A stretch of 63,963 bases of DNA, filler included, from Octopus bimaculoides (lineage: Eukaryota), in the NCBI RefSeq assembly GCF_001194135.2. It is 4 parts of 4 records of this genome, joined end to end, with 100 filler letters (N's around TTAATTAATTAA, not from the genome) between each part and the next. Parts side by side here need not be neighbours in the genome. Positions count along the whole stretch, not along the records: positions 10,741 to 36,850 come from NC_068983.1; 3 more parts are not named here. One strand, written 5' to 3'. The notes beneath the pieces are model-generated. The model was given only the letters and a program-made list of their open reading frames with translations. It was not told the DNA's origin and made no database searches. Both the position numbers and the translations under genes were made by a program. Below are positions 23,520 to 35,392 of the stretch, piece after piece (position 1 is the first letter of the stretch; every line of letters starts with the position of its first letter).

Positions 23520-24850
23520 ATTTCAGTTTTTATAACAATCAACCGGAAGTTTATAATAAATGGCAGCCATTACTAGTTATTGGCATGTAGGATTATGTTA
23601 GGTTCGATTTTTCTGTATTTCACAGAGGATACGTTAAAAATTATTTCAGGTAAACATTCACTTTTCATTATTGTAATCAGCTATACGAAGAAAATTTCTT
23701 CAAGCCAGTATTTGTCTAAGAATACATTTCTAGACTATATTGTTACATGGTTCGTATTTAATTGGATGTATTTTGGTTTCTAAACGTGCACATTGTAAAA
23801 AAAAATAATAATAATAAAAAGGACTTGAGCTAGATTATAGAATGTAATTCATATATATTGTTTCATTTATTTGTTAAATATAAAAAAACAATATTCACAT
23901 GGAAAGTTCTCTAGCAAAGTAAAAAAAAAAGGAGAAAAGTTACGAGAAACAAAATACTTCATAAAAGGAAGTCTTTGTATTCGTTATTTCTTACTTCGAT
24001 CTTATAAAAAAGTTATAATCGATTATAAATGGTACTAAATAATGTAACTTCTAATGATTTTTGTTCATTTATTGTGCATTCTGGAAAACAGAACCAGGAA
24101 GAAAATAATGTTAGTTTTTGTAACTTCCGGCTTGTTTCTATTTAACAAATACTTCTAATTTGTTTTCTATGATTTATTGACGAAACCAACATAACTGTGA
24201 GGTCATCCGACACAACATTAGTTCATGGTTTTGTTTTTTGAATGTGTACATTAGCACACATTAAAAAAAAAAGTCTGTTTTAAAATACTCAGAACTTTCA
24301 TAACAATCACCAAACACTTATGGATTTTCCATTTAACACTATCGATCTATATATTTATCTTTCATCTAGATAAGGTTTCAAACATGATTTTCATCTAAAA
24401 ACAGATTTCGATTTTAAATAAGTAGTGTCTGTCGACTGAGATATAATAACTGATAAAATAAAATAAAAAAGATGATCTGAAATCGTATTGAGGGTTGTAG
24501 GAAATGAAACTAACTTGAACACGTCCTTTCCGGAAAACAGGGACCTGTTCGTGACAACATTGAAAAGTGGCGTTTTTAGTAGAACTGTGAGAATTGTAAT
24601 AATTGTTATCGATTCTGAACGTTACGTTTACATTTGAAGAAAAAGTAAACAAACATCTCACTTGTATGGATGTAACCTCATGTTCTATTACGCTAACTTA
24701 TCGGCTTGTATCATCAAGTGGCTTTAGAAGATATGTGTTTCATCCAAAAAGCGTGAGAGGGGCCATCGTTTAAAAACTGGATCTGCTTCGGAACCTTGGT
24801 TTTTGTGAAGTTCTGTTAGTAAGCTTGATAGCTGTGACCATGAACAGGTT
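23520..24850. promoter_or_regulatory. Candidate bidirectional promoter / first-exon region
   Basis: Repeat-free and CpG-retaining. ETS motifs CCGGAAGT (23543-23550, +) and ACTTCCGG (24123-24130), YY1-like AAATGGCAGCCATT (23558-23571). Donor-like sites CAG|GTAAAC (23649), accATGaacAG|GTTAGA (24847) and, on the minus strand, GAA|GTAAGA (23995). Confidence 0.45.
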
Positions 24851-25146
24851 AGATATTTTAAGTTTCAATAACTACAGCACACTATAAGAATAATATATTA
24901 TATTGCCCTTCCCTAGCACTCATTAATGTTGTAAAAGAATTAAAGCATTGAGGAACATGGTTACAGATCACTCAGAATACTTGTAATTTAAATTTTGTTC
25001 ATTTTAGGCAGTTTTAAAATAAAATTCCCAACTTGAAAATTTGTTCATCGATTGTTAGTATATGATACTTGAAGAAATCTTCATTTTGCAGTTATCTTGC
25101 TTTGAAAGTTCATAGGGTTTTCATTCGAATAAAGTCAGTAGAGTCC

Positions 25147-25186
<40 letters not shown>

Positions 25187-25519
25187 CACTTAAATATCCC
25201 ATAATCATGTACATTGTTGGGAAAGTAAAAAGTCAATAATTTTCTTAATAACTTATGAAGAATTGTGTATAAACATCTCAGCCAACTATCAGTATATAAA
25301 ATCAACTTAAATTTATTGGTTTTCTTCCTACTGTTTTTTTTTTTAGAATGTATCCACATGCAACCTAGGTACTTCATATTACACCTTCACAGGTTTTGTG
25401 AACAGAGATCTTGAAAACATTATCCAATTGGAAACAACAATTTTATCATTTAAACAATTACAAAGACATTCACTAATTCTACTAGAAAACGATTTTATAC
25501 TTCATTTTCCCTAACCTGG

Positions 25520-26150
25520 GAAAACATGCAGTTAAAAGCCATTAAAGTCTATGAAATGGTAGGCCATGCAATTTCTGATCTTTCTTGACAATACTCCCAC
25601 ACAACATAACAAAGTTGCATCCTTAGGGCTACAGAATTGTTCAGCTTTGAAAATCTGTTGATTCTACAAGGCACTAATAAGAGCCACAATGGATTATTAC
25701 TCCAGAATCTGGGATACTGCAGCTACATACATAAACGTTCTTGACCATGTCCAAAAGAAGTATGGTATGGGGCATTCAACTGATTAGCAAAATCATTCAG
25801 TCACATGCTGCAACCTGTGGCCCGTACATACATATTTTATTTCTACTATAATGGCTTTTACTCCTCTGGAGTAACTAGTTGTATACCATCTTCATCCAAA
25901 TCTCACACTAACCGTTATGTTTAATTCCCCCCACATCCATAGAACATAAACCCTCTAGAACTTGTTTCTTTCCCCTATTTTTCCTGCAGATAAAAATTTA
26001 CAAATGTTAAAACTTAAGATTAACATTATCACTCTCAGCAGTCTTGGAGGGTCTTTGAAGATCATTGGTACCTGCCCCTTTTATATAATTTTTGCTGATG
26101 GGCTATCAGAATATCTTTTTTACAGTATTCTTCTACACATACAAACATCT
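25520..26150 (+). mobile_element. CR1/L2-type LINE C-terminal remnant
   Basis: FYKALIRATMDYYSRIWD.A..YINVLDHVQKK by hand translation. Confidence 0.7.
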
Positions 26151-26399
26151 TAAGGTTAGGCCAATTGAAAAATGCTCCAATGCACTTCATTGGTCACAGA
26201 GATAGTCATTAACAATCACAATCTCCAACATTTTGGCTCCCTCTCTCTCGTTAATGGCTGCCACTCGATATTGGTAGTCATTAAGGAGGGAGAGATTTCA
26301 TTGTCATTAACAAAGTACCTGAATAAATCTACATTTATTCAAACATTTCATTGCATCACTGGACAGGACATCTATTTCATTAAGTTGTGATTGTCTGGG

Positions 26400-26830
26400 A
26401 TGTTATCTAAGCTTCAAGATATATCTCTCAAATGCCCTGGAATACAGCATCAATGAATTTCCTGGTGTCATAGGTTCTTTTGAGGCTTTCAGCATCCAGT
26501 TCAACCAGTCAAGGCTGATCAAGTCCTGGCTTGCATCCCAATAGCAACAAGCTGTGGGTTTGTCTTCTTTATCCAAAATCACCTTGTAGTAATGAAACTT
26601 CTGTTCCTCTCCTTTTTTTCCTGCACTAGTAATTTTGAGCCCCGTTAGAGCGAGCACTCCACAAGCTCCTGCCAGCTCACTTCAGTTAATTCACAGTGAG
26701 TCTGCCAGTCTCAACTTCTACATTATTTTACCAGCTCTTCCCAGTATTCAACAATCTTTTTCTCATGAACTTCCTCTATCTGTTTTTCCTAAGTCAACTG
26801 TCTAATGCGCAATTCAGGGAGGATTCTGTT
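26400..26830 (-). mobile_element. Hero/NeSL-like RLE LINE 3' end
   Basis: IEEVHEKKIVEYWEELVK*CRS*DWQTHC...EV resembles the RLE C-terminus, followed by a 3' UTR-like stretch. Confidence 0.5.
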
Positions 26831-26899
26831 AGTTCTACCTAATGGTACAGAGACCAGAGCTGAGCACCTGCATTATGCACACATGGGCTGGTATAGATG

Positions 26900-27550
26900 T
26901 TTTCATCATCATCATCTTCATTTAACATCTGCTTTCCATGCTGGCATGGGTTAAACAGTTTGATTGGAACTGGTAAGCTGGAGAGCTGCACCAGGTTCTT
27001 GTCTGATTTAACATGGTTTCTATAGCTAGATGCCCTTCCTGATGCCAACCAGTCCAAGAGTTTAATGGGTGCCTTTTACATGCAATTTACATGACACTGG
27101 CAATGGCCACAACAACAATTTCATGGGTACCATTTACATGACACCATCAATGACCATGACTACAATTTCACTTGGCTTGACAAGTCTTCTCAAGTGCAGC
27201 ATATTACCAAAGGTCTCAGTCACTAGTCATCATGTCTGTGAGACCCAACATTTGAAGATCATGCTTCACCACTTTGTCCCATGACTTCCTGGGTCTACCT
27301 CTTCCACAGGTTTCATTCACAGTTACAGATTGGCACTTTTTTGCACAGCTGTCCTCATCCATAAGCATCACATGGCTATGCCAGCACATTCATCTCTCTT
27401 GCACACCACATCTGATGCCTCTTATTCCCAACTTATCTCTCAAGACACGTTCTGTCGAATATGCACACTGACACTGCACATCCAGCCAAGCTATGTTCTG
27501 TAGTCACAGCCCATCTTTCACTGCTGTGGAGCATGGCTATTTGCACACAG
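26900..27550 (-). mobile_element. RTE LINE 3' end
   Basis: (CAT)n tail, ttccatgctggcatggg terminus and a body matching 31312-32460. Confidence 0.8.
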
Positions 27551-28599
27551 GCTGGCCTATCGTCTCAGGCATTTTTTAATGATTTTTTCAAATTTATCTG
27601 AAAAGTTATTATTTTTGACTGGATCTATGAATTTTGTTTTTTGCTTTATTTAATACTAGAACAGCATATATTAATTAATCTCTGTGGTCCTAGTTAATAT
27701 AACAAACTTATTGAAATGTATGTGTTCAGTTTTCACCAAGTGTAAAATATTGAATATCTTCAGCCAACCATAACTGATCTTTGAAGGTAACTTATCAAAC
27801 ATAAAAGAGTACTCACATCTATATAACTGCTATACTTTTGTTTGATCATACAGTAATTGTTTGAAAGTATTTCAAATCTATGTTTATGTGGGTGTGCATG
27901 ATTTTGTAATATTGTGTTAGAGGCAAGTTAATGCATAGTAGTTATTATTAATTATTATTATTTAAGATTTATTATAATTATTTGTTGCACTGTTTGGGCC
28001 ACCAAAGACTGTTTGGTACATATACTTGATTAGATGAGATGGAAAAGAATAGTTTTAGGATAGCTTTGAACTTGTGTAATCTTTTAATGTTTGCAGTTAC
28101 TTGGACAGGTACTATTTAAACACACTACATTGCATAACTTCTAATTGAGAATATAAACAGTTTTGAACATTATTCTCCATAGAAATTCTGAACCTGACAG
28201 CCTCTCATAGAAATCTCCTGTTCTCCATATAGCCAAGTCTACATTATAATGACCTCTTCAGGACTAAAATGTACTTCAGCTATGTGGATGTCTCATGACC
28301 TATTAAAACCCTGAGGTTTGACTTAAGACTTTACCTTCAGAGTCTATTCTCTTTGAGCTAAATCTATGGAAGGACTCCTGAAATAGAGAAAACAAGGATG
28401 GAAATGATATAGTCTTGAGTTCAATTCATTACAGATCATCTCTTGTATATTTGATCAGTACATGCCTCAGTACACCTAGTTATAAGAAATAAGTACTGTA
28501 TATAATTTGCATATATTACTTCTGATTGACTAGCATCCCATTTAGAGTAAGGTTTAATTTAATCAAAAAAATAGATTGTACTTGTGATCTTCACAGGCC

Positions 28600-29060
28600 T
28601 TCCATGCCTGGTGGAATTGATATAGTTGATGTCCTTGAAGAACTGTAGTTAACAGCTGCAGGAAAAAAAAACGAAGGGAGGGAGCATATTCCAGAGTGCT
28701 GACACTCTGGGGAGGAAAAAATTGGGTGTAGCAGTTAGTGCAGATCTAGAAGTTGTAGTGGACATAAGAGGGAGATAAGTGAGTCTGAGTGGGTGTGACA
28801 TAAGGTCAACCAGTTCTGAGGAATATGTAATACAACTGTATTAGTGGGAGAAACTGCAGAGTGAAGAGACAGCATGTTTGTAAGATAGAACATGGAGTGC
28901 GTTGCTCAATGACTATGCTAACCAGTCAGGTAGCATTTTTTGCTACCAGACAGATCTTTTTTATTGTTGTCGGAGACATGTGTAGTGATAGTACTGTCCT
29001 AGGTGTAGGAGCAGTATTTCATTATGGACCATGGAAATATCAGTGATAGTGATGTTTGTC
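28600..29060 (-). mobile_element. CR1/L2-type LINE 3' remnant
   Basis: FFLPRVSALWNMLP on the minus strand; same family as 6070-6715. Confidence 0.65.
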
Positions 29061-29109
29061 ATTTTAGTTGCATAGAAGGAAGGGTTTAATTGCTCTTTTT
29101 GTTATAAGC

Positions 29110-29375
29110 CAAGTGAAACTGTAGTTGTGGCTGGTACTGGTGTCATGTAACAGGCACCCTTTGAACACTGGGTTTCACGGAGGTGATAAGTGACCGAGAC
29201 CTTTGGCAATATACCATGCTTGAGAAGACTCATCAAGCCAAGTGAAATCATAGTTGTGGCCGATGCTGGTGTCACATAACTGGCACTTGGGCTAGTGGTA
29301 TGTAAAAAGCACCCATTACACTGTTGGAATGGTTGGTGTTAGCATGGAAAGCAAATACTAAATGATGATGATGTA
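29110..29375 (+). mobile_element. RTE LINE 3' UTR fragment
   Basis: gaccgagacctttggcaat...gcttgagaagactcatcaagccaagtgaaatc matches 4570-4640. Confidence 0.75.
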
Positions 29376-29724
29376 ATCATTATGTCTTTGTAGACAGCAA
29401 CAAGATTGATATGACTCCATTTGAGAATGTTTTTGACTGTTCCTGAAGTTAGTGCAAATTCGGATTTTAGGTTGCATGCGAATGATACTTTGTGTAGAAG
29501 TATAGGCTGTGGTGAAGGATATTATAATCTGCATAGGAGGTGATGTCAAATAGGACGTTGATGTATGGGAAGAAAAATGTGGGGGTCAAACTGAACCTTG
29601 GAGCATATCAGAGCTGATAGAATATGGCTTAAAGAGAGCTCCATCAGTAGTAGTTGGATCTAACAAAAAGTCTTCACTCTGACTGACAGATGATGGATGT
29701 GCAAGCAGTTTTAACTGAGGTTCA

Positions 29725-30850
29725 CTTCGTCGTTTAACATCCGCTTTCCATGCTAGTATGGGTTGGATGATTTGACTGAGGACTGGTGGACCAGGTGGCT
29801 ACACCAGGCTCCAATCTGATTTGGCAGAGTTTCTACAGCTGGATGCCCTTCCTAATGCCAACCATTCCGAGAGTGTAGTGGGTACTTTTATGTGCCACCG
29901 GCACGAAGGCCAGTCAGGTGGTACTGGCAACGGCCACGCTCGAAATGGTGTATTTTACGTGCCACCTGCACAGGAGCCAGTCCATCGGNNNNNNNNNNNN
30001 NNNNNNNNNNNNNNNNNNNNNNNNNNNNNNNNNNNNNNNNNNNGTTTAACATCCGCTTTCCATGCTAGTATGGGTTGGATGATTTGACTGAGGACTGGTG
30101 GACCAGGTGGCTACACCAGGCTCCAATCTGATTTGGCAGAGTTTCTACAGCTGGATGCCCTTCCTAATGCCAACCATTCCGAGAGTGTAGTGGGTACTTT
30201 TATGTGCCACCGGCACGAAGGCCAGTCAGGTGGTACTGGCAACGGCCACGCTCGAAATGGTGTATTTTACGTGCCACCTGCTCAGGAGCCAGTCCATTGG
30301 CACTGGCAATGATCTCGCTCGAATGTCTTACTGGCAATGGCCACGCTCAAAATGGTGTATTTTACATGTCACTTGCACAGGAGTCAGTCCATCGGTACTG
30401 GCAATGATCTCGCTCGAATGTCTTTTCTAGTGCCAGGAAGGCGATGTTGGTAACGATCATGCTGGTGCTATTTACGTGCCACCGGCACAGAAGCCAGACA
30501 GCTGGTGCTCTGGCAACGATCACGCTCAGATGGTGCTCTTAGTGCTCTACTGGTACAGGTGCCATCACGATTTTGCTTTTGCTTGCCCCAACAGGTCTTT
30601 GCAAGCTGAGTTTAGTGTTCCTACAAATTTAGTTCGATTTCGCGATTTCACTTGCCTCAATAGGTCTTCGCAAGCGGTGTTTAGTGTCCAATGAAGGAAT
30701 GTTAGGTGTAAGTGGGCTGGCTACATCCCTGGCAGAGGCCTTGGATATTTGGTCTCACTTGGCTTGCCGGGTCTTCTCACGCACAGCATATTTCCAAAAG
30801 TCTTGGTCACAAGTCATTGCCTCGGTGAGGCCTAATGTTTGCAGCTCGTG
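29725..30850 (-). mobile_element. RTE LINE 3' end with 66-bp UTR repeats (partly duplicated across a gap)
   Basis: Same terminus and repeat units as 31312-31900. Confidence 0.8.
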
Positions 30851-31163
30851 GGTATGGGCTGCTTATTTTCTTTTCTTATGTGTTTGTGTGTCTGTGATCA
30901 TGTACAAAATTTTTCCAAGTTGAAATCAAATTGGACATTATGTTTTATTATATACAGAAAAAAACTTGTTGGCATGGACATTTTTAAACATAATTACTCA
31001 TTTAGCTGTTTCAAATAACTGAATCACACACCCTTAATCATATCATCATCATGATGTTTACATAATGATTTTATTTAATTAATTTATTACCATTTGATTT
31101 TTGAAACTTTCATTACATTGAAATTTCTGCTTATTTTATTATTTTATTTTTATTAATTTGTAG

Positions 31164-31275
31164 ATTATTCCTTGGATGAATTACAATTCAGAAGAGTAAT
31201 GAAGAAGGATTTAAAACAATTTAATTAGTTTTATTTACCAAAATTAAAGAAAATTGGGGCAAAATGTCATCAAAG
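31164..31275 (+). CDS. Candidate host-gene exon: 5' UTR plus start codon (M-S-S-K, 31264-31275)
   Basis: T-rich acceptor ttattaatttgtag| and consensus donor AAAG|GTAAGT. All three frames are blocked upstream of gcaaaATG. Product unknown. Confidence 0.5.
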
Positions 31276-31471
31276 GTAAGTTTAACATTTTTTCTTGTTA
31301 CTTCTGTGGATTTCATCATCATTGATTAATGTCTGTTTTCCATGCTGACATGAGCTGGACAATTTGACTGAGGTCTGGAAAGCCAGCAGCTGCACCAGGC
31401 TCCAATCTGATCTGGCAGAGTTTCTTCAGCTGGATGCTCTTCCTAACACCAACCACTCTGAGAGTCTAGTG

Positions 31472-31790
31472 GGTGCTTTTTACGTGTCACTGGCACAGAA
31501 GCCAGTCAGGGAGTACTGGCATCAGTCACGATTGGTTGGTGCTTTTTACATGCCACCGGCACGGGAGCCAGTCATGCAGACCTGGCATCAACCACGTTCG
31601 GATGGTGCTTTTTACATGCCACCAACACAGGAGCCAGTCAGGCGGACCTAGCATCAACCACATTCGGATGGTGCTTTTTACATGCCACCGCCACAGGAGC
31701 CAGTCAGGCAGACCTGGCATCAACCACATTCGGATGGTGCTTTTTATGTGCCACTGGCATGGGAGCCAGTCAAGGGGCACTGGCCCCAGC
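31472..31790. repeat. 66-bp minisatellite (about 5 units) in the RTE 3' UTR
   Basis: ggtgcttttt recurs at 31472, 31538, 31604, 31670 and 31736. Confidence 0.92.
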
Positions 31791-32466
31791 TATGATATTA
31801 GTTTTACTTCACTCAACAGGTCTTCTCAAGCATATCATATCGCCCGACACATCAAGGATATTCTTAACAGGGCCGGACATGCATGGTTGTGATCTCACTT
31901 TAGTTGCTGGGTCTTCTCAATCACAGCATACCTCCAAAGGTCCCGGTCTCTTGTTATTGCCTCTGTGTGGCACAATATTTGAAGGTAATGCTTCACAACC
32001 ACATCCCATGTCTTCCTGGGCCTACCTCTTCCACAGGTTCCTTCTACAGTTAGGGAGTGGCACTTCTTCGCACAGCTGTCTTCATTTGTACATAACACAT
32101 GGCCATGCCAGCGCAGCCGCCTCTCTTCCACACATTTGATGCTTCTTATGCCCATCTTTTCTCTCAGGGCGCTTACACTCTGTCATGTATGCACACTGAC
32201 ATTACACATCCAGCAGATCATACTAGCTTCATTTCTTTCAAGCCTACACATGTCCTCAGCATTCATGACCCATGTTTCACTGCCGTGTAGCATGGCAGTT
32301 CACACACATGCATCATACAGTCTACTTTTCACTCTGAGCGAGAGGCCCTTAGTTGCCAGCAGAGGTAGGAGCTCCCTGAACTTTGCCTAAGCTATTCTTA
32401 CTCTAGTCGCTTCACTCTTAGAGCAACCACCCCCTCTACAGACTTGGTCGCCTAGGTAGCAGTTTC

Positions 32467-33129
32467 GGATCTTGTTCAAAACGGGGGCACCAGTTTTCAT
32501 TTATGTTTTATGTAGTGTTTTTGGTACCGAAAGACTTTCAAACTTCGTATACTTATCTATTTTGTGTTACAGAACAGAAAAAAATTTTTGTATTCGGATT
32601 TATTTCATGTAAAAAATTGTCTTATTTCAATAATTTCAACCAATCACTGACAAGTATTCAGCTGTTTACACTTACTCCTTTGGCACTTTAAGCGGTGTAA
32701 AGCGTATTTAATCTCCATTACTTCTGACATTTTGCAGAGGCAACACACGTGTGTTCATTTTCCCTAACCCTAACCCTAACCGACTTGCTCCTTCCCTCAA
32801 AAACCATGCCTTGTCCCTATAATAGAAAGGTTTATTAGCTACTGCCAATATGCTTCAGCCATTTTTTGACAAGGAAATAATAATTTTATCACCGCCGAGA
32901 ATCGTTTGTTTACGTAGTCAGCAGTTAATTTTTATGGCTGAATGGACGTCAGTCATTGGTTGAAATTACAGAAATACGACAACTTTAACATGAAATAACT
33001 TGCGATGTACGTTTTTTTGTTAAGAAGACTAAGAGAAAAAGATGTTTTATATGACACATCCTACCAGTGTCCCAAGTTTCAAAGTGTTTCGTTAAGAAAA
33101 TACTGGTGCCCCAGTTTTGAACAAGATCC
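32467..33129. mobile_element. Merlin-like MITE, copy 2
   Basis: TIR ggatcttgttcaaaacgggggcaccagt / actggtgccccagttttgaacaagatcc (1 mismatch). Perfect 8-bp TSD gcagtttc (32459-32466 / 33130-33137). Confidence 0.82.
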
Positions 33130-33930
33130 GCAGTTTCTTCCCCTGGCATGTGATGGAATCTGTTTTCTGTACATCTTCCTAATGTGTAAAAATTTATGCT
33201 TGATGTGGATGAGTTTCAAGACTGTGTGAAGTTGTAGTAATGTCTCTTGTTTATATATTGGAATTTCTAGTAATGTCAGTTTCTTTATTCTTACAAAATT
33301 GACTCTATAAGAGATGAATTTCATTGGTCTATCAAGTTGGGGTTGGAGAGCCAAGGACAGGTCCATGACTATTTGCTGGGCTCATCCCTAAAAAACAAAA
33401 ACCTCATAGCCATCTTGAATTTTGAGAGGACAACCCCCTCCTAGGCCCCCCCAAATTTTTTAAAGTGTAGTTCCACCATGACAAACTTCTTTCAGAGGCT
33501 CTGCCCGCACATTCAAGTCAATGAGAGTGTGTCTATGTGGTCAATCAACCAATTAGAAATAGAGCCAAATATCTCACAAATCACACTCCCCTATCATTTG
33601 AAATGAGTAAAGGACACATTTGGTAATGTAATCTTAGGCATACACTTCCAAAACTTTTCCCAAGTTGGAATATCTTTAATTAAAAATTGTGTTCCTAAAA
33701 AAATAGGATGATTATAGTGGGAACACATTTGATCAAAGGTTTATTCAACTTTCACACAGATTAAAGATTTTGCTTAATCTTTTTCTAGAACTGGGTCCCT
33801 TTCAGTTAATACATTACTGGTGCATCAAGTGTTTTGTTTGAATGTTGCACTGAACCACAGAATATTTCAATAGATTTTAGCCAATATTGTATGTACCAGA
33901 GAGATATAAGCACTTCATCTTTATATACAA

Positions 33931-35392
33931 CTAGCAGAAATACCCGGCTTTGCCCGGGTTAAAGAGAATAATGAAATCTAAAAACGCCGTCTAGACTACG
34001 CAACCCTCAACTGTTAGTAGCTACGATACCATATTTCTACATTAATAACTCTCCAATCCATGCCAGCATGGAACATAGACATTAAGTGGAATGCCAGTCT
34101 CTCATCTAGGAGGGCCTTGAAATCAATGTTACCAACTGGGGACTTATGTGTGTCGTAGTGATAATAAAAAGACCCAAAGGATGTCTGCAACAAAATAATT
34201 TTACTCAACACTTTGCAAGTGAATCAGTGGAGGCAAAGATGTGTCTCATTTACTTGACAATTTATGCTCATCTGTTATGTTCNNNNNNNNNNNNNNNNNN
34301 NNNNNNNNNNNNNNNNNNNNNNNNNNNNNNNNNNNNNNNNNNNNNNNNNNNNNNNNNNNNNNNNNNNNNNNNNNNNNNNNNNNNNNNNNNNNNNNNNNNN
34401 NNNNNNNNNNNNNNNNNNNNNNNNNNNNNNNNNNNNNNNNNNNNNNNNNNNNNNNNNNNNNNNNNNNNNNNNNNNNNNNNNNNNNNNNNNNNNNNNNNNN
34501 NNNNNNNNNNNNNNNNNNNNNNNNNNNNNNNNNNNNNNNNNNNNNNNNNNNNNNNNNNNNNNNNNNNNNNNNNNNNNNNNNNNNNNNNNNNNNNNNNNNN
34601 NNNNNNNNNNNNNNNNNNNNNNNNNNNNNNNNNNNNNNNNNNNNNNNNNNNNNNNNNNNNNNNNNNNNNNNNNNNNNNNNNNNNNNNNNNNNNNNNNNNN
34701 NNNNNNNNNNNNNNNNNNNNNNNNNNNNNNNNNNNNNNNNNNNNNNNNNNNNNNNNNNNNNNNNNNNNNNNNNNNNNNNNNNNNNNNNNNNNNNNNNNNN
34801 NNNNNNNNNNNNNNNNNNNNNNNNNNNNNNNNNNNNNNNNNNNNNNNNNNNNNNNNNNNNNNNNNNNNNNNNNNNNNNNNNNNNNNNNNNNNNNNNNNNN
34901 NNNNNNNNNNNNNNNNNNNNNNNNNNNNNNNNNNNNNNNNNNNNNNNNNNNNNNNNNNNNNNNNNNNNNNNNNNNNNNNNNNNNNNNNNNNNNNNNNNNN
35001 NNNNNNNNNNNNNNNNNNNNNNNNNNNNNNNNNNNNNNNNNNNNNNNNNNNNNNNNTTTCTCTCTCTCTGTGAAAGTATCTGTCATTACAGTATCGAAAT
35101 GTGATTGTTTCAGTTAGAATAGTTTCATTTTTAAAGTGAAAGTATTTGACATGAGTGTTTTTGTTTCACTTTTGACACGTAATACTTAAATAGTGGAGGA
35201 GATATTATGTTGCTGTGGGCTCGAACTCTGCAAGAAGTTAAAATTTTTTTTTGACTAAAACACAACTGGAACCCTAAGTAAGGCATGTGTAAAATTTGAA
35301 TGAAATTGGTTGCGTAGTTCTCGAGTTTTAGGGATTCACACAGACAGACAGACAGACAGACAGACACACATTCTCATTTTTATATATATAGA
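33931..35392 (-). mobile_element. Non-autonomous Helitron (both ends visible, gap inside)
   Basis: Minus strand 5' A|TCtatatatataaaaatg at 35392. The 3' hairpin aacccgggcaaagccgggt precedes CTAG|T at 33931. Internal (GACA)n run. Confidence 0.65.

Larger units (their letters stand above)
31312..33190 (-). mobile_element. RTE LINE 3' portion, interrupted by MITE copy 2
   Basis: YLGDQV...RVRIA*AKFRELLPLL...LYDACV..AMLHGSETW and ORF 31895-32155 RRLRWHGHV...GRGRPRKTW...DRDLWR, with a (CAT)n tail. Confidence 0.9.

Noticed and set aside
29732-30300. Apparent ~255-bp tandem duplication (29732-29988 and 30044-30300)
   Set aside because: Near-identical copies sit on either side of an N gap, typical of unmerged overlapping contig ends.
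31472-31790. CRISPR-like periodicity of the 66-bp array (and the 17-bp array at 3509-3605)
   Set aside because: There are no unique spacers (whole units are homologous), no cas genes, and the context is a eukaryotic TE.
34146-35117. Long ORFs in the track (also 49607-50413, 15750-16211, 43613-43852, 61212-61451)
   Set aside because: Mostly X from N gaps.
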